Positions 17,153 to 27,045 are shown, counted from the stretch's first letter. The stretch is DNA of 64,000 nt from Oscillospiraceae bacterium (GCA_015065085.1 SVQW01000007.1:991-64990), one strand, 5' to 3'. The notes: a model not told the origin generated them from the sequence alone. Numbers and translations: made by a program.

Positions 17153-19156
17153 ATGAGAATTGCTCTCGCAGGAAACCCCAATTCCGGTAAAACCACAATG
17201 TACAATGCCCTGACCGGCAGTAATGAAAAGGTGGGCAACTGGGCGGGTGTTACCGTAGACAAAAAGGAACGCCCCATCAAAAAAGCCTACATAAACGGCA
17301 GTAATGAGCTTATCGCGGTAGACCTTCCCGGCGCTTATTCCATGTCCCCCTTTACATCCGAGGAGAGCATTACCAGCGCCTATGTCAAGAATGAAAACCC
17401 CGATGCAATCATCAATATTGTTGATGCCACCAACCTCAGCCGAAGCCTGTTCTTCACGACACAGCTTATGGAGCTGGGTGTGCCGGTGGTGGTTGCGCTT
17501 AACAAGAGTGATATAAATTCCAAAAAGCAAACTAAAATAGACGTTGCGGCGCTTTCTGAAAGTCTGGGCTGTCCCGTTGTTGAAACCGTTTCCACCTCGG
17601 CAGACGGTCTTAAGGAAGTGGTAAAGGCGGCTGAGGAAGCGGCAGGAAAGGGTCAGAAGGCTCCATATGTTCAGGGCGAAACAGACCTTACAAGCAAAGA
17701 GGCGGTTGTGGCGGCTGACCGCAAGCGCTTTGAGTTTGTAAAAGGCATTGTCAAAAAGGTTGAAACCCGTAAGGTTCTTACAAAGGACAGAAACTTCGGC
17801 GATAAAATAGATGCTGTTCTCACCAACAAATGGCTGGGTATACCGATATTTGCAGTTGTTATGTGGCTGGTTTTCCAGATTTCCCAGGTATGGGTGGGCA
17901 CTCCCGTTGCAGACCTTCTGGTAGGCTGGCTTGAAAGCTTCCAGGGCTGGGTGGGCGAGCTTCTGGCAGATGCTTCTCCTCTGCTTTACGCATTGCTTGT
18001 TGACGGTGTCATCGGCGGTGTTATCGCGGTAATCGGATTTTTACCGCTGGTAATGGTAATGTACTTCCTCATCGCACTGCTGGAGGATTGCGGATATATG
18101 TCCCGTGTGGCAGTAGTGCTGGACCCCATTTTCAAAAAGGTCGGTCTTTCGGGTAAATCCGTTATTCCCTTTGTTATCACCATCGGTTGTGCCGTTCCCG
18201 GTATTATGGCGAGCCGTACCATCAGAAACGAGCGTGAACGCAGAGCAACAGCAATGCTTTCTCCCTTTATGCCCTGCGGTGCCAAAATTCCAGTAATCGC
18301 ACTTTTTGCAGGCGCGTTCTTTGATGACGCAGGTTGGGTAAGCACTGTTATGTATCTCAGCGGTATCGTACTCATATTCATAGGCGCACTGCTGGTAAAC
18401 GCAATAACAGGTGCGCGAAAACGCAAATCCTATTTTATTATCGAGCTTCCCGAATATAAAGTCCCCTCTTTCTGGGGCGCATTCAAATCCATGTGCGGAC
18501 GCGGCTGGGCTTACATAGTCAAGGCGGCTACCATCATTCTGCTGTGTAATACCGCAGTTCAGATAATGCAGAGCTTCACCTGGTCCTTTGCCGTTGCCGA
18601 GACATCGGATGTATCCATTCTTGCCTGGGTTGCACGTCCCTTCGCATATATCCTTGTTCCCATCGTGGGTGTTCTTTCCTGGCAGCTTGCCGCGGCGGCG
18701 GTTACGGGCTTTATTGCCAAGGAAAACGTTGTAGGCACACTGGCGGTATGCTTTGTAGGTCTTGAAAATCTCATTAATGCAGATGAGCTGGCTCTCGTTG
18801 AGGGCGCGGGTGCGCAGGCGGCAGGCATTATGGCAATCACCAAGGTTGCGGCGCTGGCTTACCTGATGTTCAACCTGTATACACCTCCCTGCTTTGCGGC
18901 AATCGGCGCTATGAATGCCGAAATGAAGAGCGCAAAGTGGCTGTGGGGCGGTATAGGTCTCCAGATGGGCGTGGGATATACCGTGTCATATTTCGTTTAC
19001 ACCATCGGAACCCTCATTACCGATGCACAGAGCCTTAACATAGGCACTGCACTGGGCGGTCTTTTGGTTGTGGCGGTATTTGTTATAATAATTGTATCAC
19101 TCATCAATTCCACCAACAAGAAAATCAAAGAGGAATACGCACTCAAAAAAGCGTAA
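17153..19156 (+). CDS. feoB: Ferrous iron transporter FeoB
   Basis: N-terminal G-domain (GNPNSGKTT, DLPG, NKSD), followed by a polytopic membrane domain. 667 aa. Confidence 0.95.
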   Translation: MRIALAGNPNSGKTTMYNALTGSNEKVGNWAGVTVDKKERPIKKAYINGSNELIAVDLPGAYSMSPFTSEESITSAYVKNENPDAIINIVDATNLSRSLFFTTQLMELGVPVVVALNKSDINSKKQTKIDVAALSESLGCPVVETVSTSADGLKEVVKAAEEAAGKGQKAPYVQGETDLTSKEAVVAADRKRFEFVKGIVKKVETRKVLTKDRNFGDKIDAVLTNKWLGIPIFAVVMWLVFQISQVWVGTPVADLLVGWLESFQGWVGELLADASPLLYALLVDGVIGGVIAVIGFLPLVMVMYFLIALLEDCGYMSRVAVVLDPIFKKVGLSGKSVIPFVITIGCAVPGIMASRTIRNERERRATAMLSPFMPCGAKIPVIALFAGAFFDDAGWVSTVMYLSGIVLIFIGALLVNAITGARKRKSYFIIELPEYKVPSFWGAFKSMCGRGWAYIVKAATIILLCNTAVQIMQSFTWSFAVAETSDVSILAWVARPFAYILVPIVGVLSWQLAAAAVTGFIAKENVVGTLAVCFVGLENLINADELALVEGAGAQAAGIMAITKVAALAYLMFNLYTPPCFAAIGAMNAEMKSAKWLWGGIGLQMGVGYTVSYFVYTIGTLITDAQSLNIGTALGGLLVVAVFVIIIVSLINSTNKKIKEEYALKKA

Positions 19157-19162
19157 AAAGCT

Positions 19163-19318
19163 ATGTCAGATTTGATTATTATTGCAGTATTATTACTTAT
19201 TCTGGGCGGTGCGGCGTTTTACGTATACCGCTCCAAAAAACGCGGACAGACCTGCATAGGCTGTCCCCATGCCAAAACCTGCGGCAGTAAGAGCTGCAGC
19301 TGCGGCAGTAAAAAATGA
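19163..19318 (+). CDS. FeoB-associated Cys-rich small membrane protein (51 aa), below the ORF-track cutoff
   Basis: My translation is MSDLIIIAVLLLILGGAAFYVYRSKKRGQTCIGCPHAKTCGSKSCSCGSKK: one TM helix plus a Cys-rich tail. It starts 6 nt after the feoB stop. Confidence 0.7.
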   Translation: MSDLIIIAVLLLILGGAAFYVYRSKKRGQTCIGCPHAKTCGSKSCSCGSKK

Positions 19319-19346
19319 TAATCCTCCATACATCTCTTTTCGTATG

Positions 19347-19384
19347 AAAAATTCCGTGTGCGAAAATGCACACGGAATTTTTTT
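19347..19384 (+). terminator. Rho-independent terminator of the feo operon
   Basis: ATTCCGTGTGC-GAAAAT-GCACACGGAAT followed by TTTTTTT. Confidence 0.85.
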
Positions 19385-19402
19385 GTTTGAGTATGCCAAG
19401 GG

Positions 19403-19431
19403 TTGAAAAATTCACAAAAATGTACTATAAT
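19403..19431 (+). promoter_or_regulatory. Sigma-A type promoter for coaX
   Basis: TTGAAA, a 17-nt spacer, then TATAAT. Confidence 0.55.
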
Positions 19432-19462
19432 AAGACAAACGATGTAAAGAGAGGCGAAGCCT

Positions 19463-20227
19463 GTGATACTTACAATAGATATCGGAAATTCAAATATATC
19501 TCTTGGCGGCTTTGAAGGCGACCTGCTTTGCTTTGTGGTTCGTATTTCCACCGAAGCGAAAAAGACTGCCGATGAGTTTGCAACTAAAATACTCGGTGTT
19601 CTTTCACTGCACGGTATCGATAAGCAATGTATAGATGGCTGTATAATCTCTTCGGTAGTTCCCACGCTTAATCTTGTTATGAAGGATGCCGTCAGAATTA
19701 TTTGGGGCATAGACTCTCTGATGGTGGGGCCCGGAATAAAGACCGGCATCAACATCCACTGCGACACTCCCTCCTCGGTGGGAGCGGATATTATATGCGC
19801 CTGCGTTGCGGCAAACGGCATTTACGGCTGTCCCGCGCTGATTGTGGATATGGGAACTGCCACAAAAATGGCAGTTGTAAATGATAAGGGTGCCTTTATC
19901 GGTGTTTCCATTATACCCGGCGTACTTATGGGGCTTAACTCACTGTCGGAGGACACGGCTCAGCTTCCCGAGGTGGAGCTTGAAGCGCCCAGATTTGTTG
20001 TAGGAAAAAATACCTCGGACAGTATGCGCTCGGGCGTTGTTTTCGGAAATGCATCAATGATAGACGGTATGATTGACCGTATTTGCGACGAAATTGGCTC
20101 GGATATCCCCGTATACGCAACGGGAGGAGTAGCGCATCTTATTATTCCGCACTGCAAGCATGATATTGTGATTGACGAAACACTCGTTCTTAAGGGGCTT
20201 AATATTCTTTACAGTAAAAATAACTGA
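19463..20227 (+). CDS. coaX: Type III pantothenate kinase
   Basis: The N-terminus ILTIDIGNSN, plus VDMGTAT and ATGG motifs typical of the CoaX/Baf family. GTG start. Confidence 0.85.
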   Translation: MILTIDIGNSNISLGGFEGDLLCFVVRISTEAKKTADEFATKILGVLSLHGIDKQCIDGCIISSVVPTLNLVMKDAVRIIWGIDSLMVGPGIKTGINIHCDTPSSVGADIICACVAANGIYGCPALIVDMGTATKMAVVNDKGAFIGVSIIPGVLMGLNSLSEDTAQLPEVELEAPRFVVGKNTSDSMRSGVVFGNASMIDGMIDRICDEIGSDIPVYATGGVAHLIIPHCKHDIVIDETLVLKGLNILYSKNN

Positions 20228-20322
20228 ATACGGTTTGTATATTAATTTCTCCAAAGGAGAGGTAATATAAATTTTATATGCGTTGTACCGCAAAAAGCGG
20301 ACGACAGCAAGGAGGAAATCTT

Positions 20323-20916
20323 ATGGAAAACACAAACAGAAAAAGACAGCACACCAGAACGCTGGTACTGCTCGCGTTGCTTTCGGCGATTGTGGCGGTT
20401 CTGGCATACTACGGCGGGTTTATCAAAATCGGCGGATTTGCGTCCATTTCACTGACCCTCATACCCGTAGTCATCGGCTCAGCTTTGTGCGGCCCGTACG
20501 CAGGTGCGTGGCTTGGAGCTGTGGCAGGTGTTATATTCTTTGCTACACCCGACGCGGCATTCTGGCTGGGACTCAGTGTACACGGAACAATCATTACCGT
20601 AATGGTAAAGGGTATTCTGGCGGGCTTGTGTGCAGGACTTGTATATAAGCTTCTTGAAAAATTCAACCGCTATGTTGCGCTTGTTGTAAGTGCTGTTGTA
20701 TGCCCCGTGGTGAATACGGGAATATTCCTTTTGGGCTCGCTTATTTTCTTTATGGATGCAGTGAGTTCAGGTGCAACGGCAGAGGGAATGTCGGTAGGAA
20801 TGTATCTTATTGTATTCTTTGTGGGACTGAACTTCGTTTTTGAGCTTATCACCAACATTATTCTCAGCCCCGCAATCGTAAGAATACTTGATGCGGCAAA
20901 AAGGAAGAATATATAA
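20323..20916 (+). CDS. ECF-transporter S-component-like membrane protein (possibly pantothenate-specific, given coaX linkage)
   Basis: About six TM helices in 197 aa. The start is the ATG at 20323 after AAGGAGGAAATCTT. Substrate is inferred from context only. Confidence 0.55.
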   Translation: MENTNRKRQHTRTLVLLALLSAIVAVLAYYGGFIKIGGFASISLTLIPVVIGSALCGPYAGAWLGAVAGVIFFATPDAAFWLGLSVHGTIITVMVKGILAGLCAGLVYKLLEKFNRYVALVVSAVVCPVVNTGIFLLGSLIFFMDAVSSGATAEGMSVGMYLIVFFVGLNFVFELITNIILSPAIVRILDAAKRKNI

Positions 20917-20994
20917 GAAAAATATATAAAAAGAACATATAATTTGAAATCGGGGATGTAAAAGGTCAAAACGGATTTTTACATCCCCTCGCTC

Positions 20995-21023
20995 TTGACA
21001 AACCCAAAAAGTTATGTTATAAT
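20995..21023 (+). promoter_or_regulatory. Sigma-A type promoter of the LacI-family regulator gene
   Basis: TTGACA (20995-21000), a 17-nt spacer, then TATAAT (21018-21023). Confidence 0.6.
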
Positions 21024-21030
21024 GGTGCAA

Positions 21031-21045
21031 GGAAAACGTTTCTCC
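21031..21045. promoter_or_regulatory. LacI-type operator half-matched copy (GGAAAACGTTTCTCC)
   Basis: Its AAACGTTT core is shared with the perfect palindrome at 22178. It lies 8 nt downstream of the -10, suggesting autoregulation. Confidence 0.5.
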
Positions 21046-21066
21046 CGGAAAGGAGTTGCCCAAAGA

Positions 21067-22107
21067 ATGAAAAGTGTTTCGGTTAAGGATATTGCACGCG
21101 AACTGAATATTTCTCTTTCCACTGTTCACAAGGCGCTTACGGGTAAGCCGGGTGTTGGCGAACAGCGCCGTAAACAGGTGCTTGAAACGGCTCAGAGACT
21201 GGGATACAGCGTTAATGCCGTAGCACAGTCCCTTTCACGAAAGGATATAACACTGGGAATTTTCATGCCATCAAACTGGCAGAATTACTTTGAAAGCATG
21301 CAGGAGGGTATTCAGAAAGAGATAGACAGCCTGGCTAAATACAAGGTGCGCGGTCTGTTTTACCATATTTCCTCCGATTTTTCCGATTCCGACACTCAGA
21401 GCGCTCTTTTGTGGCTTAAGGAAAACCGTATTGACGCGCTTATTTATTGTCCGTCCATGTACAATCTGAACGACACGTTTGTGACGGCGCTTAAAAAATC
21501 CTCTCTTCCCGTGTTTATTGCAGGCGGAGATGTGGGTGAAATAGAGAGCATCACCGCTGTTGTTACGCATGCTGTTTCCGCAGGCAAGCTTGCGGCGGAC
21601 TTTTTGCATTGTGTTCACGGCAAGAAGCTTAATGCCGTTATGTTTACCGGCTCACTGCGTGTCGATTCCCACCGCGAAAAAACCGATGCTTTCCGCAAAA
21701 GAGTGGAAAAATTCGGCGGTAAGGTATGCGATGTCTATGAAACGGAGGATAACACACAAAAGGCTTACGAGTGCGCAAAGCGTATGCTCGTCGAGCATAG
21801 TGATGTGAATGCGGTTTACGTTTCCACGGCTACCTCCGAGCCTGTCTGCCGTTACATTGAGCAGATGGGGTACAGCGGTAAAATAACGCTGGTATGCACT
21901 GATATTTTTGATGAACTCAGAAATTATATGAAAAATAACACTGTTCAGGCAACGGTATATCAGAACCAGAAAAAGGTGGGAAGCCTTTGCGTGAGAAAGG
22001 CGTATGAGTACCTGGTTGAAAAAAACAGTTATCATACCGGGGAAAAATCCACCGTTCATACGGTGTATGTGCGTCCTGCACTGTATCTTTTGACGGACGT
22101 GGAATGA
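21067..22107 (+). CDS. LacI family transcriptional regulator
   Basis: The N-terminal HTH is VSVKDIARELNISLSTVHKALTGKPGV, followed by a periplasmic-binding-protein-like sugar-binding domain. The start is the ATG at 21067 after GGAAAGGAG. Confidence 0.85.
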   Translation: MKSVSVKDIARELNISLSTVHKALTGKPGVGEQRRKQVLETAQRLGYSVNAVAQSLSRKDITLGIFMPSNWQNYFESMQEGIQKEIDSLAKYKVRGLFYHISSDFSDSDTQSALLWLKENRIDALIYCPSMYNLNDTFVTALKKSSLPVFIAGGDVGEIESITAVVTHAVSAGKLAADFLHCVHGKKLNAVMFTGSLRVDSHREKTDAFRKRVEKFGGKVCDVYETEDNTQKAYECAKRMLVEHSDVNAVYVSTATSEPVCRYIEQMGYSGKITLVCTDIFDELRNYMKNNTVQATVYQNQKKVGSLCVRKAYEYLVEKNSYHTGEKSTVHTVYVRPALYLLTDVE

Positions 22108-22177
22108 TAGTCCTTGCGGGGAGAGGTAATCTCCCTGCAAAAAACAAGATTATTAAAATAATATTTTTTTATGAATT

Positions 22178-22195
22178 TAGAGAAACGTTTCTCTA
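22178..22195. promoter_or_regulatory. Perfect 18-bp palindrome TAGAGAAACGTTTCTCTA, operator candidate for the SDR/transketolase operon
   Basis: Read directly. It lies 20 nt upstream of the SDR start codon. Confidence 0.6.
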
Positions 22196-22214
22196 AACGC
22201 GAAAGGAGAAAATC

Positions 22215-22982
22215 ATGTTACTCAAAGACAAAATTGCCGTTATCACCGGAGGAGCATCCGGAATAGGTGAAGCAGGAACACGTCTTTTCTGCTCCGAGGG
22301 AGCGACGGTTGTAATGCTGGACGTGAATGTTACGGCAGGCGAAAAGCTGGAAAAGGAAATGCTGGAAAAGGGCTTTAAGGCAAAGTTCATAAAGACCGAT
22401 ATTTCCGATTCCGACCAGGTAATATCCGCCATGAACGAAATCGACCGTCTTTACGGCAGAGTGGACATTCTCTATAACAATGCCTCGGTATTCCTGGGCG
22501 GACGTGACAACATTGTGTCGGAGTTGCCGCTTGACATCTGGCACAAGATAATTTCCATCAATCTCAACGGCATGTTCTACTGCACAAAGTTTGCCATTCC
22601 TCTCATGCGTAAGGCAGGGGGCGGAGCTATTGTCAACACCTCGTCTTCGGCAGGTGTTATCGGTATACCCGAGTGCGATGCATACACCGCAACAAAGGGT
22701 GCCACTGTTTCCATGACAAAATCCATGGCGGTGGAGTACGGTCCCGAGAATATTCGTGTAAACTGCATTGCTCCTGCGGCTATCCGCACAGAAATGGTAA
22801 AAGAGTCAAACCTCAACGACCCCAAATTCGACGAACAGCATTTTCTTACCAAGGGCACACCCCTGCGCCGTTGGGGGCTTCCTGAGGAAATTGCGAAAAC
22901 CGCACTGTTTCTTGCCGGTGAGCAGTCGTCCTATATCAACGGCGCTATTATCGTTGCCGACGGCGGCATAACCATAATGTAA
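22215..22982 (+). CDS. Short-chain dehydrogenase/reductase (SDR)
   Basis: TGGASGIG, NNAS and a YxxxK (YTATK) catalytic motif. Confidence 0.85.
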   Translation: MLLKDKIAVITGGASGIGEAGTRLFCSEGATVVMLDVNVTAGEKLEKEMLEKGFKAKFIKTDISDSDQVISAMNEIDRLYGRVDILYNNASVFLGGRDNIVSELPLDIWHKIISINLNGMFYCTKFAIPLMRKAGGGAIVNTSSSAGVIGIPECDAYTATKGATVSMTKSMAVEYGPENIRVNCIAPAAIRTEMVKESNLNDPKFDEQHFLTKGTPLRRWGLPEEIAKTALFLAGEQSSYINGAIIVADGGITIM

Positions 22983-23002
22983 TTTATCAAAGGAGAAATA
23001 AA

Positions 23003-23812
23003 ATGGAAAAATGCAGAGAAATTGCCCGTCAGATACGCGTTGATTCGGTATATATGACAAACAAGGCGCAGAGCGGTCACGTGGGAAGTATGCTTTCCAT
23101 GGCGGATATGATTGCCGTTCTTTATGAAAAAATACTTAAAGTAGACCCCAAAAACCCCGATATGCCCGACCGCGACCGTTTCATACTCAGCAAGGGTCAT
23201 GCGGCGGCGGCAGTATATTCCGTACTGGCGCAGAAGGGCTTTATTCCCCGCGAATGGCTGGACCTTTATTACTGCGACGACGGTAAATTAATGGGTCACA
23301 TCAGCCACAAGGTGCCGGGCGTTGAGTTTTCCACCGGCTCGCTGGGTCACGGTCTGCCGGTTGCGGTAGGTATGGCGATTGCCGCAAGATACGCAAAAAG
23401 CGACCGCCGTATTATATGTATGTCCAGCGACGGCGATATGAACGAAGGCTCCACCTGGGAGGCAATTATGTTTGCCGCACAGGAAAAGCTTTCCAATCTT
23501 ACTCTTATTGTGGACTACAATCAGGTTCAGGCGCTGGGTCATTCCGAAACCATCATCGACCTGAGAAAGCTCACCGAAAAGCTGCAATGCTTCGGCTGGA
23601 ATGCCGTGGAGATAGACGGTCATAACTGTGAGGAGATATATGAGACTCTTTCAAAAATTCCTTTCTCAAGCGACAAGCCCTCGGCAATAATTGCCAACAC
23701 AATAAAATGCAAGGGCATCCCCGAATTTGAGGACACCGTAAAATCCCACTACAAGTACGTTGCCGATGAAGATATGGAACGTGTTATCAATGCAATAAAG
23801 GAGGAAGCGTAA
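23003..23812 (+). CDS. Transketolase, N-terminal (TPP-binding) subunit of a split enzyme
   Basis: SGHVGSMLSMADM, GSLGHGLPVAVG and SDGDMNEGSTWEA motifs. Confidence 0.85.
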   Translation: MEKCREIARQIRVDSVYMTNKAQSGHVGSMLSMADMIAVLYEKILKVDPKNPDMPDRDRFILSKGHAAAAVYSVLAQKGFIPREWLDLYYCDDGKLMGHISHKVPGVEFSTGSLGHGLPVAVGMAIAARYAKSDRRIICMSSDGDMNEGSTWEAIMFAAQEKLSNLTLIVDYNQVQALGHSETIIDLRKLTEKLQCFGWNAVEIDGHNCEEIYETLSKIPFSSDKPSAIIANTIKCKGIPEFEDTVKSHYKYVADEDMERVINAIKEEA

Positions 23813-24736
23813 ATGAGAGCCGTATTTAATAAAACTCTGCTTGAAATAGCTAAAAAAGATCCCCGTATACATATGGTGCTGGCGGATATCGGCTACGGCG
23901 AAATTGAGCCTTTCCGCGACACCTTCCCCGACAGATACTATAATGTGGGCGTTGCCGAGCAGAACATGACGGGCGTTGCCTGCGGTATTGCCATGGAGGG
24001 CAACATTGCTGTTACATATTCCATTGCGAATTTCCCTACACTGCGTTGCCTTGAGCAGATAAGAAATGACGTTTGCTACCACAACGCAAATGTGAAAATC
24101 GTTATCATCGGCGGCGGTGTTTCCTACGGACCTCTGGGTATGTCCCACCACTCTACCGAGGATATTGCCATTATGCGCGCACTGCCCAATATGGTAGTGG
24201 TTGTTCCCTGCGATAACTACGAGGCAGAGGCGGCAACTCACGCAATGATAGAATACAACGGTCCTTTTTACTACCGTTGCGGCTATAAGGGCGAAAAGGA
24301 TATTCACTCAGGCCCTGTTGATTTTAAAATAGGAAAAGCCATCACTGTACGCGAGGGTAAGGATGTAACTCTTATGTTCGCAGGCCCTATCGGTATAAAC
24401 GTACTTCATGCGGCGGATATTCTTGAAGCGCAGGGTATCTCCTGCCGCGTTGTAAGCATGCATACCATCAAGCCCATTGACAAAGAAGCCATTATTGATG
24501 CGGCAAAGAATACCGGCGGTATCGTTACCATCGAGGAGCACAACCTTTCGGGCGGTTTGGGCAGTGCTGTTTCGGAGGTTATCTGCGATACTCAGGTATA
24601 CCCCAAGGCATTTAAGCGCATTGCTTTGCCGGACGTAAACGTAGCGCTTATCGGTCATCAGCAGTGGATTCGCACTCAGTACGGTATGTCGGATGAGGGC
24701 ATCGCACAGCAGATAAAGGAAACAATAGGAAAATAA
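23813..24736 (+). CDS. Transketolase, C-terminal (pyrimidine-binding) subunit
   Basis: Its ATG directly abuts the previous stop codon. GVAEQNM, HHSTEDIAIMRALPNM and the C-terminal domain are present. Confidence 0.85.
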   Translation: MRAVFNKTLLEIAKKDPRIHMVLADIGYGEIEPFRDTFPDRYYNVGVAEQNMTGVACGIAMEGNIAVTYSIANFPTLRCLEQIRNDVCYHNANVKIVIIGGGVSYGPLGMSHHSTEDIAIMRALPNMVVVVPCDNYEAEAATHAMIEYNGPFYYRCGYKGEKDIHSGPVDFKIGKAITVREGKDVTLMFAGPIGINVLHAADILEAQGISCRVVSMHTIKPIDKEAIIDAAKNTGGIVTIEEHNLSGGLGSAVSEVICDTQVYPKAFKRIALPDVNVALIGHQQWIRTQYGMSDEGIAQQIKETIGK

Positions 24737-24743
24737 TAAAACA

Positions 24744-24785
24744 AAACAGGATGCGGAAAAAATTTCTCCGCATCCTGTTTTTTTG
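24744..24785 (+). terminator. Rho-independent terminator
   Basis: AAACAGGATGCGGA-loop-TCCGCATCCTGTTT followed by a T-run. Confidence 0.85.
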
Positions 24786-24872
24786 TTGTGCAAAATGTAA
24801 TAAAATGTTAAGTTCTGATAAAAATTACACGTTAATATCAAGGGAAAATCACACTTTTTGTAAAATTAACAC

Positions 24873-24901
24873 TTGACAGATGTTATTATTTGTGTTACAA
24901 T
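24873..24901 (+). promoter_or_regulatory. Sigma-A type promoter for ppa
   Basis: TTGACA, a 17-nt spacer, then TACAAT. Confidence 0.55.
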
Positions 24902-24933
24902 GTTGACACCAAAAAGTGAAAGGAAGAATGTGA

Positions 24934-25467
24934 ATGTCTAACATCTGGCACGATATATCACCCAAGCGTATTCATCCCGACGATTTTATGTGTGTTGTGG
25001 AAATTTCCAAGGGCAGTAAAAAGAAATATGAGCTGGATAAGGAAACCGGCTTTCTGATGCTTGACCGAATTTTATATACATCCACCCATTATCCGGCAAA
25101 CTACGGCTTCATTCCCCGTACCTACGGCGACGATAACGACCCGCTGGATGTGCTTCTCATATGCTCGGAAACCATCGAGCCCATGACGCTGGTGCGTGCT
25201 TATCCTATCGGCGTTATCTCCATGATAGATAACGGCAGACATGACGAAAAAATTGTTGCAATTCCCTTTAACGAGCCCAATTACAATTTCTATACCGACA
25301 TCGAACAGCTCCCCAAGCATCTTTTTGACGAAATGAGCCATTTCTTCTCGGTATATAAGGCGCTGGAAAATAAGACCACCGACGTCAACGAGGTTCAGAA
25401 CCGCGAAAGTGCCGAAAAAATTATCGCCGCGGCAATCGAAAACTACGTGGAAAAATTCTGTAAATAA
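24934..25467 (+). CDS. ppa: Family I inorganic pyrophosphatase
   Basis: EISKGSKKKYELD, YPANYGFIP and DGDPLDVL-like (DNDPLDVL) motifs. Confidence 0.9.
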   Translation: MSNIWHDISPKRIHPDDFMCVVEISKGSKKKYELDKETGFLMLDRILYTSTHYPANYGFIPRTYGDDNDPLDVLLICSETIEPMTLVRAYPIGVISMIDNGRHDEKIVAIPFNEPNYNFYTDIEQLPKHLFDEMSHFFSVYKALENKTTDVNEVQNRESAEKIIAAAIENYVEKFCK

Positions 25468-25517
25468 TAAATTGTGATATACCCGCATCGTCCTCTGCAA
25501 TTTGATACAACAAAAGG

Positions 25518-25552
25518 ACAAAACAGACCTTCAGGTCTGTTTTGTTCTTTTT
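25518..25552 (+). terminator. Rho-independent terminator
   Basis: ACAAAACAGACC-TTCA-GGTCTGTTTTGT followed by TCTTTTT. Confidence 0.8.
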
Positions 25553-25598
25553 GCGGTAGTATCCGCATATTATATAAAAAAACGAAAGGGAGAATTAT

Positions 25599-26780
25599 AT
25601 GAAGCGGATTTTTTCATTTTTGATTATTATATGCGTTTTATGTTGCCCGTCATTTGCGGAAATGCTGCCCGAGGATTACGTTTTTGAGAGTGATACTGCC
25701 GTTGTAAGCGATGTTACCGACGGGGGACTTGCGCCCAACTGCCGTGCGGCGCTTCTCATGGAGGCGTCAAGCGGTAAGGTGCTGTACGAAAAGAATATTG
25801 ACGAAAAATTGCCCATTGCTTCGGTTACAAAGGTTATGACACTGCTTCTTGTGATGGAAGCCATCGATAACGGCGCACTTAGTCTTGATGACATTGTCAC
25901 GGTCAGCGAAAACGCCGCATCCATGGGCGGAAGCCAGGCTTATATGGAGCCGGGCGAGCAGATGAGTGTTAATGATATGCTTAAAGCAGTGGTGGTTTCC
26001 AGCGCCAATGACGGCGCCGTGGCATTGGGAGAGCACATAGCGGGAAGCGAGGCGGCATTTGTGGCAAAAATGAATGAGCGCGCCGTTCAGCTCGGAATGA
26101 CGGGCACGGAATTTGTAAACGCTACGGGTCTTGATAACACTCAGGTGCATTATTCCACCGCCCGCGATGTGGCAATCATGTCACGCGAGCTTATAAAGCA
26201 CCCCACTATTTTTAACTACACAACTATTTGGATAGATACCATCCGCGACGGCAAATTCGGGCTTTCCAACACCAACAAGCTCATACGGTTTTATCCCGGT
26301 GCCAACGGTCTTAAGACGGGCTCCACCTCAAAAGCAAAGTTTTGTATTTCTGCCACGGCAAAAAAGGACGATATGCAGCTTATTGCGGTAATTCTGGGCT
26401 CACCCTCAAGCGATGACCGCTTTGCCACCGCAAAACAGCTTTTTAACTACGGCTTCGCCGGTTATGCGGTGTATACACCGCCTGCGGAGGAAATTGAGCC
26501 TGTCCGTGTGAGTGCGGGTAAGTCGGATTTTTGCCCCGTGGGCTTTGAGGGAAGCGAACAGCTCCTTGTGTTGAAGGGTCAGGAGAAAAAGATTCAGCGC
26601 GAGGTGAGCATTATGCCGTCGTTGTGTGCACCCGTGGAAAAAGGGCAGACGGTGGGCAAAATCACCTACACTCTTGACGGCGAGATAATTGCTCAAAAGG
26701 ATATTGTAACACTGGAATCGGTACAAAGAGTGGGTATCGGTGACATTTTCATGAAGCTTCTTGAAAAGGTGCTGATGTGA
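25599..26780 (+). CDS. Serine-type D-Ala-D-Ala carboxypeptidase (PBP5/DacB-like, S11)
   Basis: Signal peptide, SxxK (SVTKVMT), SxN (SSAND), KTG (LKTGST) and the C-terminal PBP5_C-like domain. Confidence 0.85.
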   Translation: MKRIFSFLIIICVLCCPSFAEMLPEDYVFESDTAVVSDVTDGGLAPNCRAALLMEASSGKVLYEKNIDEKLPIASVTKVMTLLLVMEAIDNGALSLDDIVTVSENAASMGGSQAYMEPGEQMSVNDMLKAVVVSSANDGAVALGEHIAGSEAAFVAKMNERAVQLGMTGTEFVNATGLDNTQVHYSTARDVAIMSRELIKHPTIFNYTTIWIDTIRDGKFGLSNTNKLIRFYPGANGLKTGSTSKAKFCISATAKKDDMQLIAVILGSPSSDDRFATAKQLFNYGFAGYAVYTPPAEEIEPVRVSAGKSDFCPVGFEGSEQLLVLKGQEKKIQREVSIMPSLCAPVEKGQTVGKITYTLDGEIIAQKDIVTLESVQRVGIGDIFMKLLEKVLM

Positions 26781-26785
26781 AAAAA

Positions 26786-26808
26786 ACGTGGGTTTATTAA
26801 ACCCACGT
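26786..26808. repeat. Palindromic unit ACGTGGGTTTATTAAACCCACGT (copy 1), preceded by A7
   Basis: Read directly. With the A-run it looks like a minus-strand terminator. Confidence 0.7.
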
Positions 26809-26811
26809 CCG

Positions 26812-26981
26812 GTGTGTCGATAAACCTATCGACACACTGAAAGACTTTCGAAAAGTCAGGGATATTTTGCTGATTCAAGCCTGTCGGCGTACAAAGGTAC
26901 GATAAGGCTTGAAGCGGCAAAAAGCGACAAACAGCAGGTGATATTCGATGTATCACCTGCTGTTAATTTGTTTTTTGATTT
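26812..26981 (+). ncRNA. Candidate small structured transcript (unknown family) ending in a strong terminator
   Basis: Local hairpins: GTGTGTCGATA/TATCGACACAC (26812-26837); GACTTT/AAAGTC; and TTCAAGCC...GGCTTGAA enclosing CGTAC/GTACG. The terminator is AACAGCAGGTGATA-TTCGATG-TATCACCTGCTGTT plus TTTGTTTTTTG (26930-26981). There is no credible ORF or RBS, and I did not identify a promoter. Confidence 0.25.
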
Positions 26982-27045
26982 ATTTTCGTCTTTTTGAAAT
27001 ATATTTTATTACCGTCGCGGTATCACGACTTTCTCGAGAGTCCGA

